DNA from: Phoronis australis
Lineage: Eukaryota > Animalia > Phoronida
NCBI GenBank assembly: GCA_002633005.1
Contig: NMRA01000315.1
Span: forward strand, 214,221 to 278,220
Reading direction: 5' to 3'
Length of the DNA: 64,000 bases
Shown: positions 63,565-64,000 of the stretch, in pieces
Numbering within the stretch: position 1 is the stretch's first letter
Layout: every line of letters begins with the position of its first letter
Translations under genes and position numbers: made by a program
Notes under the pieces: generated by a model
Databases searched by the model: none
Told to the model about the DNA's origin: nothing
What the model saw: only the letters and a program-made list of their open reading frames with translations

Positions 63565-63868
63565 TGCATGAGGATGAAGTTGGATTTCTGAAATAGCCCT
63601 CTTGACACTCGACTTCCACATCGCCAGTTGAAATTGTTGTCTGCTGAAGAGTGAGGTTGTACGCTGTCAGAGAAGGAAGTGTCTTGTTTTCCACATCCTT
63701 TTGAAGATTGTTGACTATGTCACTCAGTTTTTTGTCTGCTTCGTTGAATACGTCTCCTCCAGTATAGCTTTCATCCTTTGATATGGTCACGGATAATGTA
63801 AAGTCAATGGTCAATTTGGTTTCCAAGGAAAATGCATCTGTTGCCATTCGTTTCAGTCGATTAAAAGT
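63565..63868 (-). CDS. Gene B: first polybasic-site domain C-part (=A16)
   Basis: TFNRLKRMATDAFSLETKLTIDFTLSVTISKD...VEVECQEGYFRNPTSSSC; phase 0-1 as in A. Confidence 0.92.
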
Positions 63869-63924
63869 CTACAAACAAAGCAGCAACCTGGTGTAAAGTA
63901 CATTGTAAGGTCATACATAATGTC

Positions 63925-63935
63925 GTGTGTGTGTG

Positions 63936-64000
<65 letters not shown>
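63925..64000. repeat. (GT)n microsatellite running off the window end
   Basis: Direct reading. Confidence 0.98.

Larger units (their letters stand above)
47613..63868 (-). other. Gene B: paralog of gene A, 3' 17 exons (5' part beyond window end)
   Basis: 16 exons with the same order, phases and mostly identical lengths as gene A exons 16-31, all open, plus a short terminal exon. Confidence 0.92.

Noticed and set aside
47613-63868. Gene B as an allelic haplotig or assembly inversion of gene A
   Set aside because: Proteins differ substantially and introns differ in length, sequence and TE content.

Overview
AT-rich eukaryotic genomic DNA from an invertebrate animal (inferred from GT-AG introns, metazoan extracellular domains and the repeat content); there are no prokaryotic features and almost every ORF in the supplied track is either an exon fragment or noise. 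Two paralogous multi-exon genes lie tail-to-tail. Gene A (+, ~8033-42570, ~32 exons, ~1,800 aa by hand assembly) encodes a type I membrane mosaic protein: signal peptide, unrecognised Cys-rich domain, (CCP-CCP-HYR)x3, CCP, polybasic-site domain, Cys-rich ephrin-receptor-like (GCC2/3) repeat, EGFx2, TSP1x3, EGFx2, TSP1, CCP, second polybasic-site domain, GCCx2, Ser/Thr stalk, TM helix and short tail. This resembles SVEP1/polydom and uninflatable but matches neither. One exon of gene A has a 1-nt frameshift. Gene B (-, 63868 down to ~47613, 5' part outside the window) matches gene A exon-for-exon over 16 exons. Introns and the intergenic gap contain many transposon relics: a Mutator-like MITE with a 9-bp TSD, hAT, Harbinger and THAP fossils, a LINE 3' end, and a Helentron/pearl-type element with a higher-order tandem array. 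All exon boundaries were read by eye.
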